From the IMG/VR virus record IMGVR_UViG_3300038679_000357, positions 96,001 through 160,000 of that record: DNA of 64,000 nucleotides; one strand, written 5' to 3'. The position numbers and the translations under genes were made by a program. Positions 11,401 to 20,341 of the stretch are shown here, in pieces. Each line of letters begins with the position of its first letter. Position 1 is the stretch's first letter. This DNA comes from a virus. Taxonomy: Duplodnaviria; Caudoviricetes. The notes under the pieces were generated by a model, which did not search any database, was not told the DNA's origin, and saw only the letters and a list, made by a program, of their open reading frames with translations.

Positions 11401-12589
11401 ACAAACACGCTTCTCCATTTGGTCCTTCGTCTGCAGTAGATATTGACGGAGAGTCAGATTGCCATACTGGTTTCCACCCATCATCTACTGTTTGAGTGCG
11501 AAATTCCGACCAACCGGTATCAAATCCATACACAAGATACTTTGATGAGGATAAACTCCTGAATCCGTACGCGACAACTCCTGTTCCCATATGAGCACGG
11601 ACGTCTCCTGATAACGGATTCCCAAAGGCATCCACTCCTGTTAATGCAGTGTAGTCGTCAACACTTACTGTTACTCCTCTCAACTTACCACTCATAGATA
11701 ATGATAACGGAGATAATGGTCTAGCTCCAAATTGTACAAAATCATACGTTACGTTACGAGGAAACTTAGACTTGAAAGACGACATAATTCCATTGACAAT
11801 CTCTTTTCTAAGAGAGAAGCGATCATTCCACCCCATACTTCCAGACGAATCAACTACATAAGATAAATGCAAATCCATTGGAATTAATCTAATTGAGTCA
11901 ACGGATGGTGATGGATAATATGGACCAGGACCAGAAACGATCATCGTATTGTAAAATGTTCCAGAAGACAAAACGCTTTTTCCAGATTGACTGCCAGACG
12001 AAAGTATTGCTGGCGGGGTAACAATCATGTGTCCAGGCATTGGTCCAATTATTTCGGAATAAGCGTCAAAATCTGAAGCAGCACGAACAGTGCGATGAGC
12101 CCCTAAAATATCCTCCCATGTAGAGCCTCCGTCAGAACTCATGGAGCAACCGTTATCTCCGTCAACTATAGCATAAGCCCAAGCGGCATAGTTGTTTTCA
12201 TCACCACCAGACTGCCACACAGTAAGACACAATCCATTTTCAGGAGTAGTCATCTCTGGTATGGATAAGTTAAATTTATACCAGTCATTTTGCTGTATCG
12301 CTGAAGATAAAATAGAAGCAGAAGATAAAATTGAACCAGTTGGATGTCCGTTTTCGTCAGACTCCCGCAATTCCGCCCACATCGTAAAAGAAAGATCATT
12401 ATCTGATCTAGCTCTGATGAGATATATGGCTACCCACCCGACAGATATCAACTTCTGCACAAATGACAATTTCTGAGATAAAATTCTTGGAGTAGATGGG
12501 TTAAAATTGACAGCAGAGTGACTTGTCGCAACGAATTTTGTTGCGGACCAGCCCGATACACCGTATTTTCCTAAAACTTCGTTGGACAT
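5405..12589 (-). CDS. Giant distal-tail/adhesin protein with a split vWA domain, Ig-like repeats and a triple-HxH module, 2394 aa
   Basis: DSSGS MIDAS at aa 247 and GPSRLNDAL...VVVVSDG at aa 1767-1801. Three P-x-x-DGT-x-[VI]-x-x invasin/Big_1-like motifs. Located in the tail gene block. Confidence 0.7.
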   Translation of the reverse strand: MSNEVLGKYGVSGWSATKFVATSHSAVNFNPSTPRILSQKLSFVQKLISVGWVAIYLIRARSDNDLSFTMWAELRESDENGHPTGSILSSASILSSAIQQNDWYKFNLSIPEMTTPENGLCLTVWQSGGDENNYAAWAYAIVDGDNGCSMSSDGGSTWEDILGAHRTVRAASDFDAYSEIIGPMPGHMIVTPPAILSSGSQSGKSVLSSGTFYNTMIVSGPGPYYPSPSVDSIRLIPMDLHLSYVVDSSGSMGWNDRFSLRKEIVNGIMSSFKSKFPRNVTYDFVQFGARPLSPLSLSMSGKLRGVTVSVDDYTALTGVDAFGNPLSGDVRAHMGTGVVAYGFRSLSSSKYLVYGFDTGWSEFRTQTVDDGWKPVWQSDSPSISTADEGPNGEACLSVSTSSGRDAIRYVYGFSNDYTVSRPESDIQPGDTSIVVGEHTFIVDDQVRISSISSIEQPKNITYVSSIAIVIDPEVYIGTSLSNGAMIERYTAQSLTGWDKTDAFEFYVVDPLNGSDIVFFVQTANGAHIEWVFKPMSSWEFYQLYFMDETALLEIDTVDAEGEPLPDGTIVEFYVDKEPTEEMNSDAAKQKTIYLISDASSGATIIYISPQDASSIKRGDSIDIIDDDRNAYKVAEGETVAYHATTVSSIDQSGVVGIADAMPSSFLMSKHAAIVTPSTEIGAKVDVNVSEKLPMTVNLVDITPIFTHALHDPSLLDPLDPPQVDPSANPDFYNTDPTRVKRSSVEIMTKNGWSAVRVCPITEDRFENSSVRDALAKSMFNPSERDQVRAKAIEDMEKGEMKEGVDDSDYVQSSSTSNEVVEEPVYYDGIPDFTMDHKVESIGGYASTQMKSFATELTEQQIGSLSTVRYLAKKYTVNPVVTMFDDSGNRNAVILVKGTDIYFACPIYITNAVDRTTVFQQCQSVDEDGAVSTYDQIVPGTYATDPYDINITYNITDKGFPANGVLRVAIYDARRTIDTRLAADDDLPDLDGCGDNEAMGGGENVFSTVNDDDPYTISTEQSLLANDLLDVVQYTVKVVSGIATITLPPLNRVALLDIHASFEMDDGISKVVNKQKIYYRNPVVITMSGMGPSVADGETRHNIGAYVSWKAVEPVSDGTMVNFEATSTQMSPSVSQTESGVADGVLLGPHEPIPAPTGLAALEDNGRGEFEGITAICTYRGFTAKKEGQVEWMREQAQSGGNFYFYASGYNTNPSSVYHGQKRIWADGIDYVTINGDLPASSFRDFPYIDTVADDLIQSAMGVVYSGSGLTVGTRLPKWSSREPSEGPVEHDTDVPYGWVSNRLYSNMFIGRPPYRESDPDDPNPCNSPECAFISLFTKSRKYGLSGIGIESDTVSFLTETISGGQAKIPKPRVNLVEPFGVTVYIEPVDKSEYQQNDWRKQPNGESPKSSGYDTYSHPLKRDGVSRYVAVAELTWHDTFIVGRSDNPLPMVSFDVGSVKITKEGVEFSRFEDRTVCSLDFDEAATHYLRTSFDFDHYHEMSVDDNGKGVTTSTVTYSKGVSIPDHVHSVNIYATSPMSEEVYDLSGGVSNLHSHIVKSVAVIGIGPISNKTVAFAVKAQANYDDGKTLPDGSRISRSLDNYAFSYPGVATTGGDSGYVLEIIPTTSQYVDGKIVSGFSARMHGYDPGYTMLFHAYIRTSGGDIPVEDGTRIFADFGFYEYNDIESKTEKDDNGIVVVGNDNAPRTIAVLKTEAFIPGLPEELKAIDKSLVTSDMHWFPSVSSPSLIVKPETDELIFNKVLESFSEIGPSRLNDALALAARRMVTFSQDLSSSKKVVVVVSDGGESNSDLSYDQAVSELKSVDAEDPVELVFVKLERTEPYDDLVVRKFTSSLGGFPVEVSDVEDAVSIPGYVVDSIVNSPSFDLVTGWYSNIIDLGEEKLFDRLSFMVTTPGVSGLTFSIRFSSDGVNFGEWIDIGVGTDFDLSSYGMVNRYMEYRVSFRGDPDTFESPSFVSAAYEYYEPRRYTLMFQPIPVNDGKDGYVGEIIFSHHGNVPVTSSVSYGVKHSDDVGREWYWSDQQPAMKDGYGGIVLSRVNELLVRKDAATYITAYGGWSQDYVVEMYRVTESDKYGSIVSDREYTYDSNSGTFVFGQAQPLSDVFTVTLSMRPLFRIAVDIVNKGPSSASLDYIGTMYRPVDRSYMYDNDRRPVYSALETDFSELGMEPSKTLAKQSVVYNNLIGTAEDVLVDQTVHNTVIYVLGYSSSGIFISTLRENLTLIERNVVLGVSGTPTSFHHMDDSLYVCVLDGSSYIIHRLDSTYSSMYSFDAGSAFEHSGVIRAKVDLWYTTNGNMITIRNRSFREISSISLSTKMSGRFHVGDYIVFTTVYGDAVAEYSMKGDLNAVYIIEERAGSEDNVSVDGGTVSIIRKASVSTYK

Positions 12590-12612
12590 TAGATCATTCT
12601 TTCCGATAGAAT

Positions 12613-12622
12613 ATTGTACAAC
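12613..12622 (-). promoter_or_regulatory. Promoter-motif variant GTTGTACAAT
   Basis: Immediately after the upstream stop, 23 nt before ATG 12589. Confidence 0.5.
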
Positions 12623-13161
12623 TACGCCGGAAGTAGTGAAATTTCAGCGACAACATCTCCAATATGGGTAGTCGATCCACTACTGGTTGTTACGCCAAAT
12701 TGAAACTCTGTACCAGCGGGATAAGCTAGATTACCAAGATCAAAGTTAGAAACGTTATTTACAGCAGAAACAGATAGCGTAACCCCAGAAAACATAACAT
12801 TCGGATCAGAAGATGTACCAAGTCTTACTACCGGAGAAGCCAATAGTGGATCAGATACTGTTTTATGGCGTACAAATAATTTTGATAGGATTGCTACGGC
12901 TCCGGATGGAACTATATAAATCGACGTCTGCGCCGCAACTGTCATATCAACAGATAGTATGTTTTGACTAGAAACATTTCCATGATACGGAAGTAAATTC
13001 CATTCAGTTGAATCATCCCCAATCTTAATTCGATAAAACATCGGTCCAAAGCCATTGTCCTCAATACCAACTTCTCCAAACAAGAGAATAGGATTTGTCG
13101 AGGTCCACTGTGCCGACGTTCCACGCCTTACTTTAATTCTTGCAATTTTGGTCTCTGACAC
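12622..13161 (-). CDS. Tail fibre-related protein with an Mtd_N (major tropism determinant N-terminal)-like domain, 179 aa
   Basis: IKVRRGTSAQWTSTNPILLFGEVG...KIGDDSTEWNLLPY matches the Mtd_N/hyaluronidase N-terminal signature; GTG start. Confidence 0.8.
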   Translation of the reverse strand: MSETKIARIKVRRGTSAQWTSTNPILLFGEVGIEDNGFGPMFYRIKIGDDSTEWNLLPYHGNVSSQNILSVDMTVAAQTSIYIVPSGAVAILSKLFVRHKTVSDPLLASPVVRLGTSSDPNVMFSGVTLSVSAVNNVSNFDLGNLAYPAGTEFQFGVTTSSGSTTHIGDVVAEISLLPA

Positions 13162-13175
13162 GTACGCACCATATG

Positions 13176-16100
13176 TTATGGATTTCCACCGTCTATCTCA
13201 ATATCCCAGATAACCGTATCTGGAAATCCTCCGTCAAACACATCTTCCAATACGGAAGTCGGCAATCCTCCATCAAGAATATCCCACGGCTCTTCCGAAT
13301 TACTAGATGAACTAGACGAAGAACTGAATGAACTACTGCTCGAAAGACTTGAACTACTACTCGAAAGACTTGAACTTACACTGGATGAACCAATCTGTCT
13401 GCTATATTTGTCAGATTGATATACATAATACCCAGAAGAAGTAGAAAAAGCCACTTCAGACGAAGAAAGGACGTAAACTCCACCAAGATATGAAGGAAGA
13501 GGGTTATATTGTTTTGAGTCTTCAAGATCAATAGCCTCTGTCCAAGTATCTCCGTTATCAAATGATGAATATATTCGATGACCAGAGCCAACGGCGTATT
13601 CCATTCCACCAACAAATCCGATACCATTAACTTCCTCAATTAACGGAGAAAGGTAATGTCCATGCGTTAAGCTGTCACCTACCGCATCCCTAGACTCAGA
13701 CGAAACAATTGAAAATTCTCCAGCCTTAATAGAATGAGTATGACTCCACTCCGCGTTTTTCCTAATAAACACAACGTTCGATACCGAAGGAGCGCTTATC
13801 ACTTGAGTGGATGGAGGAACTTGAATGATCCCAGGAAATACCGCAAGGACATCAAACTTATACGAGAGACCATCAGTACAGTCAATTTTCATTACATCCC
13901 CGGAAGAAGCCATAGAGCTGTCACTCACACCCACTAAGGTGTCACCATAGGCAATCCCTGACGTAACTGTTGTACTTCCGGCTTCATACTCAAAATAATA
14001 CGCTCTTGCGTACGAACCATTATCAATGGTAAAATCACATGGAAGAGGCGAGGATAACCCGACGATAGATCCTGAAACGGAGACAACTTCTGATAAAAAT
14101 GACGTGCGATTAGAAACAACTTCCAATTTACACCCGACAACAACACCAAATACGGATACTAATTCTAATTCATTTGCCCCCTTCAACGCATCGTATGATA
14201 AAAGAGAGTTAGATGAAATGAACTTACTGTCATATTCCATGGCGACCGTCTTTCCAAAACCAACTGTAGACAAATGGATTCGGAAACCTACACCAACCTT
14301 ATTCCCATCATTTCCTGAGATATCAATTTTCCCATCCTCTCGTGCCACGAAAATAGACGAAGAACTATGACGAACAACTCTCAGCCGATAGCGCACAAGA
14401 GGTTGTTTTGGATCGTATGCCGTCAGCCAAAATCCTGTAAATAAATCAGTCTCTGATGACAGCCATGGATCAACCAACTGCCATGCTCCAGAAAGCAATA
14501 GTTCTACCTCAAACGAGGTGGAAGATGGTATCGCTGTTATATCACCGATAATTGGTCCTGAAATAGGAGTGACTTGATGCCGATGTCCATTGTTCCAAGA
14601 CGAAAAAACATTCGAAAAAGAAGGTATTGACGACAAGGGGACTATAGAAAGACTAAAGTCAATTCCAGAGTACAGAGTGTTAAAAACAGAATACGACGTT
14701 AACTCTCCGTCAACTCCAATTGCCTCATACGATTCTCTAACGCTAATGATTGTTTCATCATTTGATACAATCTGTAATTTTCCTCCATCGGGAATAGAAT
14801 CTACGCCGTTGAACGACAATTGATTTCCAGACAACTCATTAACCTGTCTCTGAGAATCAAAATCAACCACAATTGGTATATTTCCAACAGAGTTAGTGCA
14901 ATAAACTGTCGCTCCGACACGAAGAGTGGAAATCGTATCGTATCCTTCGGGAGCTACTACTTCAGATGATAACTCAATAAAATTGGCGGTATTTTTAACG
15001 ATCTTGTAAACGGCTATATCAGATCTTGGCAATCCATATTCAGACTCCTGTGGTTCAACAACAAGGGAACCTCCATTAAGTAGGGACGGCTGCATCGTTC
15101 CCACATAATCAACATACAGCCTGATTCCAGATCCAGACAAGCGAAATCCGTATCCATTAACGGCTGATGACGCATCTCCAGAAACAACCATGTCAACAGT
15201 GCCATCAGGTTTGGACGCCGAATTTGAGACGACTGTAAGAGGTGGTATAGACGCAATAAACGATATTTTCCATTCCACAACCTCATTTACTACAACCGCC
15301 TTAGACAATTTAGCAGACAACCTATAGGAAGAACTTAACCCTGGCGACGGAACGACATACTCGACTACACCAGAAATACCAACGCTCTCTATAACGGCTG
15401 CATTTCCAATCGCCGAGATCCTACCATCCCTACGCCTGTCATAAGAAAATGTGCCACCTGAATCCCATTTCAAACCGTCAGAAGTTCCAACATGGATTCT
15501 TCTTTGACGATCCTCTCTAATGCAGTTCATCCTATATGGCAGAACGGTAAACGTTCCACCAGACGATGACATCATGGATTCCCCAAATACGACAATTGTT
15601 GACCCGCTATTTGAGACAACTCTCGCTTCACTCCCGCCGACTGCCATCATCCTTCCAACAAGACTTCCGTCCGGAGGCGGTCCAAGATTAAAATCAACCG
15701 CAACAGATACATTCAAAGCGTCAGTAATCGACATTGAAAGAATGTTCCCGGTCAGTGAAACTGAAGAGAATAATTCGTTCCACCGATTTCCAGTCCCAGT
15801 ACACACATAAACTCCAGAACGATTTCCGTCAGCAGATTTGGCACACGCTGCGATAGATCCGTTCATAAGCAATCCGTATGAAACTACAGTCATATCGGAA
15901 AGTTTATCGCTAGTTGAGTACAAGCTTCCCTTCAGCCATGACACCCCCTTATCATCACTATACGACAAGAATCCATCACCAGATACAATCAGTGTATTTA
16001 CAAATGAAGGATTTGACGGATTGACTACACCGTCCCATTTGTTCCACCAATATGATGTCCCATCATCAGACCTTATTGCTCCCCACCTGGCAGCAATCAC

Positions 16101-19100
16101 AGTAGGAATTCCACCTACTGAATTAACTGATACTTCACTCCACAAAACAAGATTAACATCAGTCGTTTTATACAGCCCAGTTGATGACGCTACGTATAAT
16201 GTGGTCGCATCAAACTGAAGAACATCATATACTTTTTCAAATTCAGGAACCCTTATCCAGTTTGACTCCAACGAAACAAAATCAAGAACATACAGTCCTG
16301 AATCGGAGGCTGAGAAGCACATATTAGAAAAAATGCCAAAACCAGGAAGAATGGTTGATAACCTTGACGATCCAGCGCGTGGACCGTCAACATCATATAT
16401 TGCTAAACTAGCCATGTCGCCAGCATTCCTGTCGATGTAACGATCTATGTTCATTGGATCGCCAGGAATGTCATTGTAATTAAAACGAGTGAGGAAAGTG
16501 TCTATAAAATTGGACGCGACTCCAGGAAACATATAATCTGCAGCAACAGAAAGATGCATAAGATTAGCCAGATAAACATCTGACATTCTCCATCCGAGAC
16601 CTGTATTTTTTGTAGATAGAGCATCTTCCACTTCTTCATGAACGAGAACGCCTACATTTGTCAATTTCCCATCATACACGGTAATCCGAACATCATCAGA
16701 TGACATAACCTGTGGAACCAAGTCTACATCAGCCTGAGACGGAACGTAGTAAGCTGACATTTCATCTAGTGTTACGCTGGAGTTAGACTTCGAAGAATAA
16801 GACAAAAAGACAGTTTTTGTTATCGTTCCATCCACCCACATAAGCCTCAATCTTCCTGATGCAGGTAGATTAGAAAGCAGCGATAGCTCAACAGTTAATG
16901 TGGTATCTCCAACTTGCAGATCTGAGGCAGTTTTTCCAGAGACCGAGAAAATAATATACCCGGCGTTGTCTACCTCTACGTATCCAGTCCTCCTGTCAAT
17001 ACCGCTCCTAGTGGAAAGAACCAAACGATCAGCAATATATAGGTCATACCCAATGCCATCCTTCCATCCACCCTGTTCTGGTCTATAAGAAGATCTGTCA
17101 TACACGCCGTAAACATTGCTTCCGAGATGTATATCTCCACCAAAGTCAACAGACGATCCAGGATAACTTACGTACGTGTTTATCCTCGATGGAATATAGT
17201 CTACCGTGAATGACGACGGCTGTCCAACTCCAAATAACATAGTTTGCGTATATTCGCTTCCGTCAAACGATCCAAAAGAGTTATCGTATCCGACATGGAC
17301 TGAAAACCCATCATATGATGGAGTTGAAGAAACAGCCATCGGAGGAAAAGATCTTGAATCAGACCAAACCCCAAGAGAAAAAACAGATACGATGTCAACA
17401 GTAGATACATACAACTTACCAAATGCAGCAAACACAGTTGTCCATGAAGATCTTGGCTTTTCAACTGTCGTTAATGCAGCCCATGAAACAGCATTAACGC
17501 TTCTAGCAACAGATCCATTTGAGCAAAAGACAGTAATCGTCCTATCAAACTCGTGAGAGTGTCCTAAATATTCTTGAATAACCCCGCCAACCACATCGTG
17601 TGAATGACCAGCATCATGAGATGTCCACCCGTTCAAATCTCCATCAACTGAAATTGAATGAGAATGCCCAGAAACGATCGACGTAGCATCTAAACTCCGA
17701 TCAATCGATACCGAAACTACTTTAGACGGAAGAATCGTGCTGACCCAAGTTTTTCCATAATCAGAAGAAATAGATGAATATTCATCAGAAAAGGCAACGA
17801 TCATCCCGTTCGGGAGGATTTCTATAAAAGATGATCGCTTCCCAGAAACAGGGCGAGCAACCTTACGGAATCCACGTGCAGAACCATGAAGAGAAACATA
17901 AAACCCTGAATCAGACGACAAAGCTGCAAGACCGGACGGAGCACGTTTCATAGCATATACGTACCCAGAAATTGAAGATTCATCAATCGATTCCCATTTC
18001 ACATCTGCGTCATCCGACCAAAACACTCCAGACGAAGATACGGCAAAATACCTATTTGCTGACGATGCATATCCAGATGGCACATTACGTTGTAGGGAAA
18101 TGTCTTTTACAGCATATCGGCTAAAGTCATTGACAACCCGGTAAAAAGTTTCCGGTTCCTCTTCTGACCCCTCTTCTTTTTCTTGAGGTATTTCTGCAAC
18201 AACCACTTCGCCTGGCTTAATATCAGATGCAGTTCTGATGGCTGTATACCCATATTTAGTCAACTTATACGTAGATACATACCTTAAAAGTATTCTATCT
18301 ACACCTCCTGGAACTGCCGGATTACGAAGCCCAACAAAAAGATAAGTATCACCTGGCGCAGATACCATCATTGTCGCTTCAGCTATCTGTTTGCTGTACG
18401 CAGAGTTAATATCAACAGCAATACCAGTCTCTCTCCCATAAGTAGTTACAGCCTCAGACAGAGCCGAATAAATATCTCCAGGATTCGTCTTAACTTGAAC
18501 TCCGTTAACAGAGAACAAATACGCCCCACCAGAAGGAATCATCCATAAGCCATCAGACGTAGAAACCAAAACGTTTCCTAACCCATCATCACACACGTGG
18601 TAAACCGATCTGGCGTCAGTAGCCATTCCACTAGATGGAATCTGATATATCATACCGTCATACGACTGAAGTAGTGACGGAATAGGCTCAGCTATTTCTG
18701 CAAATCGCCCCATGTGATCAATGACAGGAATGCGTTCTGGATCGAACTTACCGGCTGCGATCTTTGACGCTGGGATGTATAAAATATTATCCTGTGGCAA
18801 TCTCCCTTGAACCTCAGAATTGGTCAGAACCTCGACCTCAACAACATCAACATGTGCTTCAGACGACAAGGTAACAACGATATCAGAAGCGGCTGGAAGG
18901 ACAAACTTAAAGGTATCTCCCTCATGAACGAGGCGATACTCACCCACCATAGCCTGAGTTTTAAGCTCAGACACTGGAGTTGCAACGTCTGGAAGAATGA
19001 TGTTTGTTGAATCTGGATAAGCAGTGTAATAGGCAATCGCCGCCCGAAGCATGAATCGATATAAACTTCCCTCTTCTGAGGTAAACACCCAATCTCCACT

Positions 19101-20225
19101 GGAAATCGTATATTCTCTTGCCTTTACAGTAACTCCACCAGTAAAAGTTACAGTTTTAGCCAATGCGTCAATGGAAAAGTCAGTATCAGTGTACTCCTTG
19201 CCGTTAACGTATATCTGCACCGCATCAGACTGATCCCATCCATCATTATTCCCATTTCGCAAGGAAATGTCATGAATATGTCCGACAACCTCTACATCAG
19301 ACACTGGATCTCCAACAATCGCAGACGTTACAATATGGTAGTGGAATGGTCCATTCCCATAAACTGCCACCGTAATTCCATTCCCGTCGTCATCAACCCA
19401 ATAAGTATGGTCATGCCCCTCAGACTCTGAGGTATGATCGCTATTTATGGCAGTAAACTCATATCTGGCGTCATACGACGAGGTAAGCACCATAGATCGA
19501 CGATCGACGTCAAGTCTAATAGGCTGCGGGTCATAATAGTTACTTCCTCCATGACGATGACCATGCAATATGTATCTGGCGAAATCTTTAATTGGAGCGT
19601 CCATGTCGCCGAGGTAAGCCACAGATGATGTGTCTACAAACGAAACAGTACCGGACCTAGTTATAACAAGACCGATTAGAACGCGACCAGAAGAAGAAGC
19701 CTGTCTAAGAGATGACGCATAGGAGAATGCAACAGCGGAATGAGACGGATTCAAAGTAGATGAAGTCTCTGGTACTGGATTTTCATTATCCGGAAGGAGA
19801 AATGGGACTTCTTGGATGTAGTTGGAGTTTCGATAAGCATAAAGATAACACTCCGAATCATTCGGAAGTGTAACTGACGCAGAAACAAGAATTTTGTCGT
19901 AGACCACCCCAGACGGAGATGTGTAATACGACGCTTCGATAATAACATCTCCAGGAAGAACAGACGTGTGGGGGATGATATTCCATCCTGATTCAGAGAA
20001 ATACCCATTAATTATACCTGTTCCTTGACCGATGGAAACTGATAAACCTGTTGTTGGAACTGGAATCCACCCAGAGATGACACCAACTCCTATAATACCT
20101 ACATAAGAAGACAAATGACGGTCAACAGTAATAAACCGTTCATAATCGGCGCGGGCGCTGTAGAGATGCCCAGCTCCGAAAAACGGCATCCTGTAGTGGT
20201 TCGTATAGAATGAATTGTATGCCAT
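13176..20225 (-). CDS. Giant virion tail protein with Asp-box/BNR repeats, HxH modules and a C-terminal poly-Ser tract, 2349 aa
   Basis: SSDYGKTW, SDDKGVSW and SFDNGDTW Asp-boxes; at least 10 HxH motifs; N-terminus paralogous to the 31565..35755 gene; terminal DGG-x-P repeats. Confidence 0.7.
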   Translation of the reverse strand: MAYNSFYTNHYRMPFFGAGHLYSARADYERFITVDRHLSSYVGIIGVGVISGWIPVPTTGLSVSIGQGTGIINGYFSESGWNIIPHTSVLPGDVIIEASYYTSPSGVVYDKILVSASVTLPNDSECYLYAYRNSNYIQEVPFLLPDNENPVPETSSTLNPSHSAVAFSYASSLRQASSSGRVLIGLVITRSGTVSFVDTSSVAYLGDMDAPIKDFARYILHGHRHGGSNYYDPQPIRLDVDRRSMVLTSSYDARYEFTAINSDHTSESEGHDHTYWVDDDGNGITVAVYGNGPFHYHIVTSAIVGDPVSDVEVVGHIHDISLRNGNNDGWDQSDAVQIYVNGKEYTDTDFSIDALAKTVTFTGGVTVKAREYTISSGDWVFTSEEGSLYRFMLRAAIAYYTAYPDSTNIILPDVATPVSELKTQAMVGEYRLVHEGDTFKFVLPAASDIVVTLSSEAHVDVVEVEVLTNSEVQGRLPQDNILYIPASKIAAGKFDPERIPVIDHMGRFAEIAEPIPSLLQSYDGMIYQIPSSGMATDARSVYHVCDDGLGNVLVSTSDGLWMIPSGGAYLFSVNGVQVKTNPGDIYSALSEAVTTYGRETGIAVDINSAYSKQIAEATMMVSAPGDTYLFVGLRNPAVPGGVDRILLRYVSTYKLTKYGYTAIRTASDIKPGEVVVAEIPQEKEEGSEEEPETFYRVVNDFSRYAVKDISLQRNVPSGYASSANRYFAVSSSGVFWSDDADVKWESIDESSISGYVYAMKRAPSGLAALSSDSGFYVSLHGSARGFRKVARPVSGKRSSFIEILPNGMIVAFSDEYSSISSDYGKTWVSTILPSKVVSVSIDRSLDATSIVSGHSHSISVDGDLNGWTSHDAGHSHDVVGGVIQEYLGHSHEFDRTITVFCSNGSVARSVNAVSWAALTTVEKPRSSWTTVFAAFGKLYVSTVDIVSVFSLGVWSDSRSFPPMAVSSTPSYDGFSVHVGYDNSFGSFDGSEYTQTMLFGVGQPSSFTVDYIPSRINTYVSYPGSSVDFGGDIHLGSNVYGVYDRSSYRPEQGGWKDGIGYDLYIADRLVLSTRSGIDRRTGYVEVDNAGYIIFSVSGKTASDLQVGDTTLTVELSLLSNLPASGRLRLMWVDGTITKTVFLSYSSKSNSSVTLDEMSAYYVPSQADVDLVPQVMSSDDVRITVYDGKLTNVGVLVHEEVEDALSTKNTGLGWRMSDVYLANLMHLSVAADYMFPGVASNFIDTFLTRFNYNDIPGDPMNIDRYIDRNAGDMASLAIYDVDGPRAGSSRLSTILPGFGIFSNMCFSASDSGLYVLDFVSLESNWIRVPEFEKVYDVLQFDATTLYVASSTGLYKTTDVNLVLWSEVSVNSVGGIPTVIAARWGAIRSDDGTSYWWNKWDGVVNPSNPSFVNTLIVSGDGFLSYSDDKGVSWLKGSLYSTSDKLSDMTVVSYGLLMNGSIAACAKSADGNRSGVYVCTGTGNRWNELFSSVSLTGNILSMSITDALNVSVAVDFNLGPPPDGSLVGRMMAVGGSEARVVSNSGSTIVVFGESMMSSSGGTFTVLPYRMNCIREDRQRRIHVGTSDGLKWDSGGTFSYDRRRDGRISAIGNAAVIESVGISGVVEYVVPSPGLSSSYRLSAKLSKAVVVNEVVEWKISFIASIPPLTVVSNSASKPDGTVDMVVSGDASSAVNGYGFRLSGSGIRLYVDYVGTMQPSLLNGGSLVVEPQESEYGLPRSDIAVYKIVKNTANFIELSSEVVAPEGYDTISTLRVGATVYCTNSVGNIPIVVDFDSQRQVNELSGNQLSFNGVDSIPDGGKLQIVSNDETIISVRESYEAIGVDGELTSYSVFNTLYSGIDFSLSIVPLSSIPSFSNVFSSWNNGHRHQVTPISGPIIGDITAIPSSTSFEVELLLSGAWQLVDPWLSSETDLFTGFWLTAYDPKQPLVRYRLRVVRHSSSSIFVAREDGKIDISGNDGNKVGVGFRIHLSTVGFGKTVAMEYDSKFISSNSLLSYDALKGANELELVSVFGVVVGCKLEVVSNRTSFLSEVVSVSGSIVGLSSPLPCDFTIDNGSYARAYYFEYEAGSTTVTSGIAYGDTLVGVSDSSMASSGDVMKIDCTDGLSYKFDVLAVFPGIIQVPPSTQVISAPSVSNVVFIRKNAEWSHTHSIKAGEFSIVSSESRDAVGDSLTHGHYLSPLIEEVNGIGFVGGMEYAVGSGHRIYSSFDNGDTWTEAIDLEDSKQYNPLPSYLGGVYVLSSSEVAFSTSSGYYVYQSDKYSRQIGSSSVSSSLSSSSSSLSSSSSFSSSSSSSSNSEEPWDILDGGLPTSVLEDVFDGGFPDTVIWDIEIDGGNP
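13296..13388 (-). repeat. Poly-Ser tract (31 aa) containing a 21-bp tandem duplication
   Basis: actactgctcgaaagacttga (13332-13352) is followed by actactactcgaaagacttga (13353-13373), one mismatch. Confidence 0.9.
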
Positions 20226-20287
20226 CCGATGGACCGTTTAGGATGCGACAAACCGCATAGGCTTGCGCAAAGTTGATGTCTTCCTTC

Positions 20288-20297
20288 ATTATACGAC
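20288..20297 (-). promoter_or_regulatory. Promoter-motif variant GTCGTATAAT
   Basis: In a 116-nt intergenic gap upstream of the 2349-aa gene. Confidence 0.45.
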
Positions 20298-20341
20298 AAA
20301 TAGAGGCGGATGACCTACGGGAAGCCCAATCAAAAGATCAA

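Noticed and set aside
7330-11725. Intein as the explanation for the vWA insertion
   Set aside because: I saw no Cys/Ser start with His-Asn-[CST] end and no LAGLIDADG or HINT motifs; the insert looks like Ig-type structural domains.
12622-13161. Diversity-generating retroelement suggested by Mtd_N
   Set aside because: No reverse transcriptase and no template/variable repeat pair were seen in this window.
13161-13178. Readthrough fusion of the 2349-aa protein (DGG repeats) to the Mtd_N gene
   Set aside because: The genes are out of frame, I saw no slippery sequence, and the GTG start has its own GGTG RBS-like element.
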